This document shows, piece after piece, positions 21,334 to 31,879 of a stretch of 64,000 bases of DNA. A program made the position numbers and the translations under genes. The stretch is from a virus. Lineage: Duplodnaviria > Caudoviricetes. The notes beneath the pieces were generated by a model that was not told the DNA's origin, searched no databases, and was given only the letters and a program-made list of their open reading frames with translations. The stretch covers positions 32,001-96,000 of IMG/VR virus record IMGVR_UViG_3300037067_003400. One strand, written 5' to 3'. Each line of letters starts with the position of its first letter. Positions within the stretch are counted from its first letter, which is position 1.

Positions 21334-21495
21334 ATGCGAGGGTGGACTAAGAAAGTTAGAAAGATTATTATACTACCTCTATTTAAAAGGGGCGGAATAA
21401 TTTACCCAGAGAAAGGTAAGGGTAGTAAGTATAGTAGAAAGATAAAGCATCGTGGATTAGATGATTTACAGTATAAGGATGAGAGTGATGGTTGA
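21334..21495 (+). CDS. ArfA-like alternative ribosome-rescue factor, 53 aa, not in the ORF track
   Basis: Translates to MRGWTKKVRKIIILPLFKRGGIIYPEKGKGSKYSRKIKHRGLDDLQYKDESDG. Compare ArfA PLFRQ..KKGKGSYxRKGKH. AGGTG upstream. Confidence 0.6.
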   Translation: MRGWTKKVRKIIILPLFKRGGIIYPEKGKGSKYSRKIKHRGLDDLQYKDESDG

Positions 21496-22615
21496 AATAA
21501 ATTCTGTTACAAAGAAAATATATGGTATGTTTTACCCTAAAAACAATATGCTTTTTATAGACAGGATATACAAATTTATAACAGATACAATTCCTGCAGA
21601 AGCATATGACCAACCTATTAGAGACACTAATATTGGTAGTGGCATGATGCCTTACTTTTTTAGGCAAGCTAAAGGAATACCTTCTGATGATTATCATTGG
21701 AAAGGGTATGATATAGTAGGTAGCTCTGCTTTAAATCCAGCGTTGGGAGTGCATGTTACTGTTGTAGAGCAGGATAATCTTATGGGTGGGGGAGCTAAGT
21801 TTCCTGGGCATGCTATGTTTGCTGTTAGCACTCCTCCATTTAATGCTCATTTTGAGAACATAGCTCATTTATCTTATCTTATTGGAGCGGATGGTGAAGT
21901 TCATAAAGATATTTATTTATCTTGTTTGTCTCATGATATAGCAAATGCAGATTATGTTTTAGCTATAGTTCCAGCTCAATTTGCTAGTGAAGGTTTATTT
22001 ACTGATAGGTTATTGGAAGTTGTTAATATACCAGGTATATATTCTCGTAGTGTTAAGTTAGCTATATGTGCAGCCCTATTTGTTCCAGCAGATGTTAAGT
22101 TGAAGTTGACTGGAGATCAGTATAAGTTTTCTGTATGGGATTGTGCAACAGGTTCTACTATTAGTACATTATCCGGTGTGTGTTCTATAAAAGATCCTAA
22201 CTTTGATAGAATTAAAAGGTTTGCTGATAAGCACAACCGTAAAAGTAATTCTCCTTTTAATAGATTTGGTATCATGAGTGGTCTTAAAGATTACCGTGGT
22301 AGAAGACACATAGTTTTTTTGAGACACTATATAAATTATGGCAAGCATTTTTGTACGTCTGCGGAGTTTGATAAGATGTCTAATGCATTTGCTTATGGAG
22401 CTTATTGTAGGATTTGTGCGGACTATCCTGATTATAGTGATGAGGAGATAGTAAATCACTGTAATGCTGCTTTTACTTTATTTAGTAGAAGGTATCCTAA
22501 TTTTAGACATTATAATGATGCTTATGTTAATGGTAAGCCTTATACATTTAAATATAAAGTAGGGGTTGCTCTTAGCTTTGTATATGAACAGTTTGAGAGG
22601 GGTTGGTTATTTTGA
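21488..22615 (+). CDS. hypothetical protein
   Basis: Long ORF. ATG at 21488 overlaps the stop of the ArfA-like gene. Confidence 0.7.
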   Translation: MVEINSVTKKIYGMFYPKNNMLFIDRIYKFITDTIPAEAYDQPIRDTNIGSGMMPYFFRQAKGIPSDDYHWKGYDIVGSSALNPALGVHVTVVEQDNLMGGGAKFPGHAMFAVSTPPFNAHFENIAHLSYLIGADGEVHKDIYLSCLSHDIANADYVLAIVPAQFASEGLFTDRLLEVVNIPGIYSRSVKLAICAALFVPADVKLKLTGDQYKFSVWDCATGSTISTLSGVCSIKDPNFDRIKRFADKHNRKSNSPFNRFGIMSGLKDYRGRRHIVFLRHYINYGKHFCTSAEFDKMSNAFAYGAYCRICADYPDYSDEEIVNHCNAAFTLFSRRYPNFRHYNDAYVNGKPYTFKYKVGVALSFVYEQFERGWLF

Positions 22616-22942
22616 TACGACTACCTGAAGATGACTTTGAAGCTAAAGAGTATGAGATGTCTCTTCTAGATATACTAAAGATGTTTAAGACTTCTCCTGA
22701 TAGTATAGCTATTCTTTCTTATAAGAAAGAGAAAGATGAAGAAGCTATAGTTATTAGAACTAATATATGTGTTGTATTAGATACTACACTTATAAAATCT
22801 ACTGTTTCTGGGAATCCTTTGTACCGTGTAGAGTATAACTGTTCTGATGATACTGTTATGTTTTATCCAAGTTTAGAAGGTACTAAGAAGATACTTGAGA
22901 ATCTTTTTTATGCTATTGGTTTAGTAGATTCTGTAGCTTGCG

Positions 22943-24185
22943 ATGCTTTTAAGAGGTCTTTTTATGGATAATAATACATATGTAGCAATTGTAGTAGATC
23001 GTAATGAGTGGGCTATAATTCTTTTTGAGATGTGTAAGACTCATGCCAGTGCCAGAGACTCTATTTATGAATGGGTTGTTGATCATTGGGATGATGTTGA
23101 AGATGAGTTAGGCTCCATTGATGATCATGGTGATACTGATAATGTTATCACTGCATACTTCGAAATAGAAAATTGTAATCTTTGGTGGGAAATAAAGACT
23201 ATTCCTGGAAAGTTTATATCTCCGATAAGTTATGAGTAGGTATAAGTTATGTATATTTCTTGTTACTATAGACCTGTTAATGATTACTGTGGTGACTTAG
23301 CTATATTTAATACTAAAGCTGCTGCAGATGAACATGCTATTGCTGTGGCTATGCGTAATAATGTTACATGTGATGGTGAGGATATTGCTTTAGTTTTAAA
23401 AGAGCGATATAACTTAACCTATGTGTGTAAATACTTTAGTGGCACTATCATTGAGGAGACTTCTAATCCTGATAGTATTTATCCTTATCTTATTTCTAAT
23501 GCTGAAACATCAGAGATAGTAGAACTTAACTATATTGTTCATCGTGATGTAATCTTTGCTTCTGAATTATTAGATAAAAAAATCTGGGAGTTTGTAAGAA
23601 ATAGGTGGGCGGAATATTTCCCAGGAAGAGATTGCCGCTATAATGATACCGATATAGATGATTTCTTTGATAAGAGTCCTTTTGATTATGACTATGTTAA
23701 GAAGCTTTATCGTTTTATACCAGCTCCAACGTATGAGTAGACTATTCTACATATGAGTAGGTGATTAAATGTATCTTTGTTTTGTTTGGGTTAAGCAGTC
23801 TCACACTCTTTATGATACATACTATGCTAATGATAAAGAGACTATAGATGGCTGGTGTAAAGGGTATGCTGGTTCTGATAAGTATGTCGTTGTTCTTCAC
23901 GAATTTCCTGGTAAGTGTATACAAAGAAGTATGGAAAATAGTTACTTTAATTTCTTTTGTGTTATGCGTAGAAGTGACTACAAAGTAATCCACGTAAGTC
24001 GTGGTAAAGCATCAGGTAATCTTTCTTATAAGTATGTTTCAGATAACTGGGATAGTTTTATGAATATCCCAATGGAATCTGTGAAAAATGCAGCAGATGC
24101 ATATTTTTGGGATGTAGCAACCCACCAGTTATGTAGAACTAATATTACTGCATATGGTAAGTATCAATACTTAGAATACGAGTGA
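22943..24185 (+). other. three tandem paralogous genes (22943, 23249, 23769), related to 54998..55258
   Basis: Shared aromatic-V-x-x-(H/R/N)-W ... (Y/F/L)F(W/E/D) ... YE-stop pattern. Confidence 0.6.
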
Positions 24186-24326
24186 GTTGTAAACAATTAA
24201 CATGTGAATAGGATATGAACATTATGATAAAAGAAATTATAATATGTGCTATACTTGGATTTTTTATTGGGTATGGTTTAGTATCTTTTGTAAAGGATAT
24301 CTGTAAAAGATCCTTGTGAGGTAGCT

Positions 24327-24761
24327 ATGAAATTTGAAAACCGTAAGGGCGAGATTGTTGATGTAAAAGATTTGGAAACTTCTTTTCTAAAGCATCAATT
24401 GTCTTATTTTAGAAACAGATGTAGAGAAGATGAGAACTACATTGAAGCTTTTGAGAATGAGTTGAACTGTAGAAATGGGTTGCCTAATAATACTGAAAGG
24501 TGTTATCCCACAACGTGGAAGTCTAAGACTGGGGATATTCTTATCTACCAGATGAGTACAGACCATATACAAAAATGCATATCATATTTAAAGACTAATG
24601 TATCAAAAGATAAAGAGGCTATTGCTTTAATGGCTGCTGAATTTGAAACAAGAACTGATGACCATGAGTATGAGCACCCCAGTAACGGTAGCGGTGGTTA
24701 TCCATATATAGATGAGGATAACGCTGACTGTATAGACCCAATGGTTAATTGGGGTGACTAA
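24327..24761 (+). CDS. hypothetical protein with an internal domain duplication
   Basis: FENRKGEIVDVKDLETSFLKHQLSYF versus WKSKTGDILIYQMSTDHIQKCISYL. Confidence 0.65.
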   Translation: MKFENRKGEIVDVKDLETSFLKHQLSYFRNRCREDENYIEAFENELNCRNGLPNNTERCYPTTWKSKTGDILIYQMSTDHIQKCISYLKTNVSKDKEAIALMAAEFETRTDDHEYEHPSNGSGGYPYIDEDNADCIDPMVNWGD

Positions 24762-25339
24762 AAGGAGGTAGTATATGCTTTCTGAAACAATAAATGCAGA
24801 CTCTTTATATCTTATAAATGGTACCTATATAAAAGTTAGTAATGTAGGGTATGAAGCAGAAACAGATACTTATTCTGTTATGCATACTTTTTGTGGTAAG
24901 ACACAGAAACTTATTATCCCAGCGAGGTCTGTGCTATACTTTGTATTAGAACAAGATAAAGCTGAGGTGAGTTAATATGCGTTGGTGGCTTCATAAAAGA
25001 AAAAAGATGTATCGTTATAAGGCTATGCTTTTGAGACCATGTAAACCAGACCCAGAAGGTTATTGTAAGACTGAAAGTTTGGCAGTGGTAATTGAGACTG
25101 ATATGGAAAATTTTAAGTCTTTTAAAGATGATGTCTATGGCAAGTGGATAGTAGGTGCTGTAGCAAAGATATAAAAAGTAAGTAAAGACGCACAAACAGA
25201 GGGAAGTGAAAAGATATTTAGTAGTTGTTCCTTAATTCTCATGGCATGCAACTGTCAGGACTGGAGGAGTGTATGTAGTATGTATGGTTGTACCTCAACT
25301 TATTTTTTTTGGTTCGCTTTTTAATTGAATCTTTTTTGT

Positions 25340-26052
25340 AGGGAGGTTAGCATGTTAGACAGTATCCTCTCTTGGCTTGGTGATTTTGATTGGTATGACT
25401 TCGATAGACCGTACTATTGTAACGGAGACATTAAGGTTTATGTCCGTAGTTTGGAAGCTACATACCTTAAATCTAAAATAGTTATCAAGTTGAGTAAAGT
25501 TGTGCTTGTAACAATAGCTGCTGTTAAACAATCTATATTAACAGCAAGCAATGCATTGAAATGCAACTCGCCTCCGGTGATGAAAACTATATAGAATAAT
25601 TATTAATTAGGGTTTGGCAAGAAAGGTTTACATGCCTTTGCTGTGCCAAGTGGGGTTCTTACTACCCAGGGATTAGGATTAACCCGAAGATACTTAGTAT
25701 CTTCTATATGACTGTTCTTGAAATAAGAGTGTGTCTATGCACAGATATCTCCTCATAGGCTTAGGAAGCTTGGCTTCTGTGACGGTAGCAAGATTGTAAT
25801 TGCTAACTACAATTATATACTAAACCTCTGTTAGTAGCTACCGAGACTTGGAGACCTTGTAATACAGAAACAATGCCTTAAATAGTGGCTCCCTTAGCAA
25901 CGGAGTATGCTACGTGTGTCAGTCTTGCTCGAGAATGTAGACTGTGGTTAGGGTAGAGTCGCTGTGGTGCGTACACAGACCGTAGAGATACATAACAAAC
26001 ATCTCTACCGAGATAAAGAGCTGGTTGGATTCCAGTGCTCTATCGTCAACCA
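25340..26052 (+). ncRNA. candidate large structured ncRNA; boundaries and strand uncertain
   Basis: Gap with only one weak ORF and many complementary stems (TTGGCA/TGCCAA, CGGTAGC/GCTACCG, CAGTCT/AGACTG, GTAGAGAT/ATCTCTAC, AGAGC/GCTCT). Confidence 0.45.
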
Positions 26053-26637
26053 TATACTTTGCAATTATTGTTAACAAATTTTGTTAAGGATGGTGTATGT
26101 TATGAGAGAACATAAAGGTTTTTGGTGGCATGTGTTAAGAGCACAAGCTATGCTATTTGGTTATGGTGCATTGATAGTAGGTGGATTTATTGCCTTAGTG
26201 CTATTTGTTACTTGGGCTTCTACGTTACATGGTATAGCTGCTCTTATATTCTGGGTATCAGTACTTCTACTAATAGGTTTAGTAGCTGGTATTATAAGCT
26301 ACATAATGCAAGATTTGTAGGGTTATAATGATGGGTAGATTAAGTGACCCAGATGTTTTAATATTGATTGCTGTAGTAGTAATAGCTATTGTTATCTTTG
26401 GCTTCTTTGCTATGTATGAGCGAGTGAATACTGAGTATATAGTAGTTATAAGGCATACTCCTAATGGGAATGTTTCTACTACATATTCTGGGTATAAACA
26501 TTCTGATATTTCTTGGGAATATAATGTCCTGTCTTTAGATTACGGCAGGGATACTTGTTATCATGAGATAAAGGGTTGTGATGTTAAGGTATACAATGAA
26601 GGTTGTGGATATCTAAAGAGAAAGTAAGGAGCATGAT

Positions 26638-26799
26638 ATGGAAAGAATAATCTGTAAAGAATGTGGTACTTGCCATGAAGAAGAGAATGGTAGCAAAGAA
26701 GTTACTGAACAGTCTGGTTTTCTTTGTGGTAGTTGCTACGAAAAACTAAGAACTATTAAGCAAGCTCAAGATACAGTTGCTTATAAAACGAGAAGCTAA
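26638..26799 (+). CDS. small zinc-ribbon protein, 53 aa, not in the ORF track
   Basis: MERIICKECG...FLCGSCYEKL with AAGGAG RBS. Confidence 0.6.
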   Translation: MERIICKECGTCHEEENGSKEVTEQSGFLCGSCYEKLRTIKQAQDTVAYKTRS

Positions 26800-26841
26800 T
26801 ATTTTTAGGTTATAGTGTGATGGCTTATGCCTATATCACTA

Positions 26842-27011
26842 ATGGGTGTTACTGTTTAAAGTTTTTTTATTTGGGTGGCTGGACTGGTATTCTAGTGTTA
26901 GACTAGTGGGAAACTTAGGTGAGCTAATCATACTCGGATTTTTGCCCAAGGAGCTGTCCCTAAGTACTGTAGGCTCGCAATATACAGGGAACCCCACCCT
27001 TTTACACCCAT
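26842..27011 (+). ncRNA. candidate multi-branched ncRNA or leader
   Basis: Outer stem ATGGGTGT/ACACCCAT, inner stem GGGTGG/CCACCC, and three internal arms. Confidence 0.4.
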
Positions 27012-27027
27012 CTATAGGAGGTTAATT

Positions 27028-27489
27028 ATGAAATCGTTTATTGGTATTGCATTAGTTTTTATTGTAGTATTTGCTGTAATTAGTGGCATCTTCTCTGTAG
27101 TAGGGTGGCTTACTAAAGCATCCAAGGTAGTAGAGAAAGAGGTTGACCCAGCGAATCTACAGAGGAAATATGAGTGGTTTAAAGACCAGTCTGCTGCCCT
27201 TACCCAATTAAATGCAGACATCAAGGTATACTATACTAATGTGTCTGAGATGAAGTCTGACTACAAGGGTATTCATAGAAGTAAGTGGACTAGAGATGAT
27301 AGGAACCAGTATGCACAGTGGAGAGCTGAGTGTGCTGGTGTAGTAGCTAAGTATAATGAGCTGGCTGCTGAATACAATAGCCAGATGGCTAAGTGGAATT
27401 GGAAGTTTTGTAATGTGGGTAGTCTTCCCAAGGGAGCCAGTGAGGTTTTACCTAAAGCTTATGCTCCTTATAAGACAGATTTGGAGTAA
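27028..27489 (+). CDS. membrane-anchored helical protein
   Basis: N-terminal TM helix; AGGAGG RBS. Confidence 0.7.
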   Translation: MKSFIGIALVFIVVFAVISGIFSVVGWLTKASKVVEKEVDPANLQRKYEWFKDQSAALTQLNADIKVYYTNVSEMKSDYKGIHRSKWTRDDRNQYAQWRAECAGVVAKYNELAAEYNSQMAKWNWKFCNVGSLPKGASEVLPKAYAPYKTDLE

Positions 27490-27492
27490 CCT

Positions 27493-28041
27493 GTGAAAAT
27501 TCTATTAAGTTTTTGTGTAGTATTAATGATACTACTTAGTGGTTGTGAGTCTCAACCTGTAGAGACTGCTATAGATTCTCCTAAGAGAGTTCAGGTAAAA
27601 GTAAAGACAGATTCCGATGGGTTAACTGTAGAGCAGAAGAATATATCCAGGAGACTTACAGAAGATAATAAACCTGGGGCTGTTAAACATTTATACCTTA
27701 TTTCACCGTATTCTGGACAAGCTATAATGTATTCTACTGTCAATGGTAAAGTTACTTCCTCTGAGAAGAGGCTTACTCCTAAGACTGTTGGATGCACTGG
27801 TGGAGAATATGTATATAGGGAGAATAGGGGTATTGCGGTTGCACTACCTAATGAAGGCACTAAAAATACCCCAGAGGTATTAGGTGATGATGGTACTTAT
27901 GGAGATAGCTACCAGTATATTTACTGGTGGGATACTAAAGGAAGATATCATCAAGTTATTCCTGGGAATTGTATAGTCCTGATTACAGATAAGCCGCTGG
28001 TAACTAATAAGGTTACTATTGATTTGAGGAATGTGCAATAA
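27493..28041 (+). CDS. putative lipoprotein
   Basis: Signal peptide with lipobox LLSGC. Confidence 0.7.
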   Translation: MKILLSFCVVLMILLSGCESQPVETAIDSPKRVQVKVKTDSDGLTVEQKNISRRLTEDNKPGAVKHLYLISPYSGQAIMYSTVNGKVTSSEKRLTPKTVGCTGGEYVYRENRGIAVALPNEGTKNTPEVLGDDGTYGDSYQYIYWWDTKGRYHQVIPGNCIVLITDKPLVTNKVTIDLRNVQ

Positions 28042-28096
28042 AACAAGAAGAGATAGATGAACTCTTTACTATAGAAATAGAATAGTTGGTGCTAAT

Positions 28097-29077
28097 ATGG
28101 AAATCATAGAAAGAATACCAGTTCCTACAGGGGACATTTTAATAGTCGAAGGTGAACATGGTAAGTTAGAATGTTTATCACTGGGTGACTATGGCAAAGA
28201 TGTTAATGTACACTCTGATGCTCTTGGTTTATCAAGAGATATAGAAAAAGTAGAGCATACTAAACTGCTTCCTTTAGAACACAAGTGGGTAGTAACTATA
28301 TCTACTCAGTATGGGTGTTCTATGAAGTGTAAGATATGTGATGTTCCTAAAGTAGGTCCCGGAGTAAATGCTACCTGTGATGATCTTGTGAACCAAGTAA
28401 GAGTGGCTATGAGTATTCACCCAGAGGTAGTATACTCCAAGAGACTTAATGTACATTATGCCAGAATGGGTGAGGCTACTTGGAATCCAGAAGTTCTTGA
28501 TGCGACAGTTGTTTTACATAGTCATCTTCCTAAGGAGTTTCTTTTTCATCCTGTGGTATCTACTATGATGCCTAAGACTAATAAAAATTTGTATGAGTTT
28601 TTATCTCAGTGGATCTTTTTAAAGAACCAAGTTCTAAATGGTGAGGCTGGGCTACAGTTATCTATAAACTCTACTGATGAGGAAGAGCGTGTACACTTGT
28701 TTGGTGGCAGTGCTCTCTCATTAGATAAAGTTGGGAAGCTGATGTCTCGATTTGATTCTAGACCCCTGATAGGTAGGAAGTATACACTCAACTTTGCAGT
28801 TGCTGGATGGGAAATATCCCCAGAGATTTTATTAAGATACTTTAATCCTGAGAGGTACATTATTAAGTTGACTCCTATGCATAAGACTATAACTGCATTG
28901 GAGAATGATATTAAAACATCAGGAGACTATACTACTTTCCATCCTTATAAAGAAGTTGAGGAAGAACTAACAGCTGCTGGGTATGATGTACTTGTGTTCA
29001 TTGCTTCCAAAGAGGAAGACATGGGAAGAATTACCTGTGGAAATGCTATACTTTCTGGAACGAGACCAGAATTGTAG
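28097..29077 (+). CDS. radical SAM protein, RlmN/Cfr-like
   Basis: ISTQYGCSMKCKIC (CxxxCxxC), RMGE, LQLSIN, C-terminal ITCGN. Confidence 0.8.
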   Translation: MEIIERIPVPTGDILIVEGEHGKLECLSLGDYGKDVNVHSDALGLSRDIEKVEHTKLLPLEHKWVVTISTQYGCSMKCKICDVPKVGPGVNATCDDLVNQVRVAMSIHPEVVYSKRLNVHYARMGEATWNPEVLDATVVLHSHLPKEFLFHPVVSTMMPKTNKNLYEFLSQWIFLKNQVLNGEAGLQLSINSTDEEERVHLFGGSALSLDKVGKLMSRFDSRPLIGRKYTLNFAVAGWEISPEILLRYFNPERYIIKLTPMHKTITALENDIKTSGDYTTFHPYKEVEEELTAAGYDVLVFIASKEEDMGRITCGNAILSGTRPEL

Positions 29078-29635
29078 ATAATAGGAGAGTCTTATGGATA
29101 GGGCTATTATAGTTGATAATGAGAATAGATGCTCTTACTATTATCCTTATGAGGTAACTCTTGAGGATGGGGAGCTTGAGTTAGCTATCAGGTTCGCCAA
29201 TCCTATGATGCTGCTCTATAAGATCACGAAGAGTGGGACTACTTATATAAAGTTTGATTCTAATAAGGAATTCTATGATAGAGTAGCAAATAATATAACT
29301 TCTGGGAAAGCTAAACTTGAAAATGATGGAGGGCTTACTGGTTATAAATACCCTATATACTCTATAGTTACTCGTGAAGAGAGTGAGTTTATAGAGCAGG
29401 TTACTATATCAGTGTGTGCTCTACCCTCTTATAGGGATGGAGAACCAGACAGATACAGAATCTTCATAGACCAAGGAGACTACCATATGGGGTGCCATAC
29501 TTACCATCAGAAGTCCAAGATAGGTAAGAGACTAAAGGCTCTCTATGATGCTATGGTTAAGAAGCATGCTATCCAGGAGGTAGTCCCTGTTGAGAGGAAA
29601 GGTCTTGGAGAAGTGTTGTTTGGGGAGGTGAGCTG

Positions 29636-30227
29636 ATGTATGGAGAACCCTTAAATCCAGGAGCTATTGTCGCTATGACTTGGATATCTAATATATGTTT
29701 CTATTTATGCGTGCCTTTAGTTGCCTTGGCTATCTTAGACAAGTATGAGCATGAGTTTCTATGGGTATCAGTAGCTGGTCTTGCATTTATGTGGATCAAC
29801 TTTGAGGGTGGGTATGTTGCAAAGACAGGGGATTTCTCTGTGATACTTACACAATTCTTATTCCTGTTGGGGTGCTCTATCCCTATAGGTATCCATTACG
29901 TTATTATGCGCCTACTTAGAGTCAGGAGACCTTACCATGGGTTTTAGTGAATATAATTATGCTTTTTATCTAGGGTATGCTCTTTTAGTATTATCTATAG
30001 TTATGATGTGGGCTGCAGTGGTAAGTAAGATTGAGTTGCTTGGAGTTTATGCTCTAGGTGTAGTGTTTCTTCCAGCTACAGCTTTCCTAGGATTATATTA
30101 TGAGTATGGAGACAGGTCCATACTGATAAATCATGTATCCTTCCTAGTAGGGTGTGGTATCACTGGATATATTGCTCTTGTTATATGGCTATTGTGTATA
30201 GGTAAGGAGAGTTATCATGAGTATTAG
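29636..30227 (+). other. two tandem paralogous membrane protein genes (29636, 29937)
   Basis: GDFSVILTQFLFLLGCSI versus GDRSILINHVSFLVGCGI. Confidence 0.6.
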
Positions 30228-31879
30228 TTATCTATTCTGGGGCTTTGTTATAAGCTCCTCTATTTATGTGGTATATCTTATTGCTCCACACGTGCGTCGC
30301 TTTAAGAAGCGAGATTCTTGGGATTTGTAGGTATTGCAATGAGAGTTGATAAACAAATTGATAAGAAGCTAAGAGAGATAAACTCGAGATGTAAACCTAA
30401 TCAAGCAAAGAAGATAGTTAAACTTGCTAAGAAAAGTTCAAGCTCCAAGCGAGAACTAATAACTAAGCTTTGGTTCTATGATATAATGAGGCATACTAAA
30501 TGAAAAGTATTGTATTAGTAATTGTTATCTTGGTGGTATCTTCTTCTTGTTTTGCTGGTGTATTAGAGGAAGCAGATAAGTTATCCTCTGAGAATAAGAG
30601 TATACAGGCTCAACTTGATGATTTACTCCACAGGGGGTTCTTTGGATATAGTAACAATGAGGATGTAGCTAAGGAACTTACTCTGAGGTATAAGTATAAC
30701 AGGGAACGTTATGAGGAGTTGAGGAAAACCAAGGAGGGTTCATCTCTATACCCTATGCCTATTGTTCAAGCTGCTTTCGGGGATGATGACATGCCTCGTA
30801 CCAAGTTAGAGATTGCTAAGATTAAGAAAGATGAAGAGAAAGTTGCTAAAGAGTTTGATAGGATAGCTTGGGATGTAATGGTAGTTATATGTGCTATTGT
30901 TATCTTTACTCTATTCTTTATGGGATGTAGATATTTAATAATTGCTGCTTGTGATAGCGTTGCTAATGCAGCAGCTAAAGAGAAGAAGCCTAATAAGTTT
31001 GATTATTGAGGTAGTTATGAAAGAATTTGATGTGATAGTTAAAGCAACAATGGAGTTTAGGTTTACATGTAAAGCTAAATCAAAGAAAGCTATTCGTGAT
31101 ATGGATAATGATGATGATAGTTTACTTGATGGAGCAAGTTATATGTATACTGAATCTAATGGGTATGACTGGAAACATGCTGACATAATAGAAAAAGGCA
31201 AAGACTAATGAAAAAGTTTTATATTAAGTACAAAAGAACTATTCAAATTGTAGCTTTTGTTTTGATTATGATAGTAACTATATTTATAGCTTGGTTTATG
31301 CACCATATAGGTTTGAGGTATTAGCATGTATTATATCATAGGTGTTGCTATTCTTATAGTAGGTGTGGTAGTATTAGATAGGGGTTATCCTAAGGTTTCC
31401 CTTGCATGCGTAGTATTATTATTGGGATGGACTATCTTTTGCCACTTCTATTCTCCTGGTAAGGTTACTCGTGTAACAGATACTACTTACCTGGGTGAAA
31501 TTGCCCTCCAAAAATCTGTTAAGTTACGAACTGGGTGGTGGGTAGATGTAATGGGAATCGAAAAATACCCCAGAGTTGAGTACTACCTTCGTGTTGATGG
31601 TGAAAACATAAGAGTAGATAAAGAAAGCTATGATTTTCTGAAAGATTACTATACTAAGTAGGTAATATAATGAGTGATAAAGAATATGTTAAAGCTCTTG
31701 AAGAAGAGAATACCAGACTTAGAGCCAAGTTAAAGGCTAAACAACAGGCTAACTGTAGTCATGATGATTATAGTCTTTATTGTAGTAGCTATGAAAATAG
31801 AGCCCCTTATACCACATATAAGTGTAACAAATGCGGGTATATATGGGATGAGAGCATTAGTTGCTAATAGGAGAGTGTT

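Noticed and set aside
21488-22615. Possible E2-like motif (TPPF..HF.NI...LSCL)
   Set aside because: Spacing does not fit the HPN-to-Cys pattern and the context gives no support.
25340-26052. tmRNA assignment
   Set aside because: No 5'/3' acceptor pairing with a G3-U pair and no terminated tag ORF. Kept only as an unassigned ncRNA candidate.
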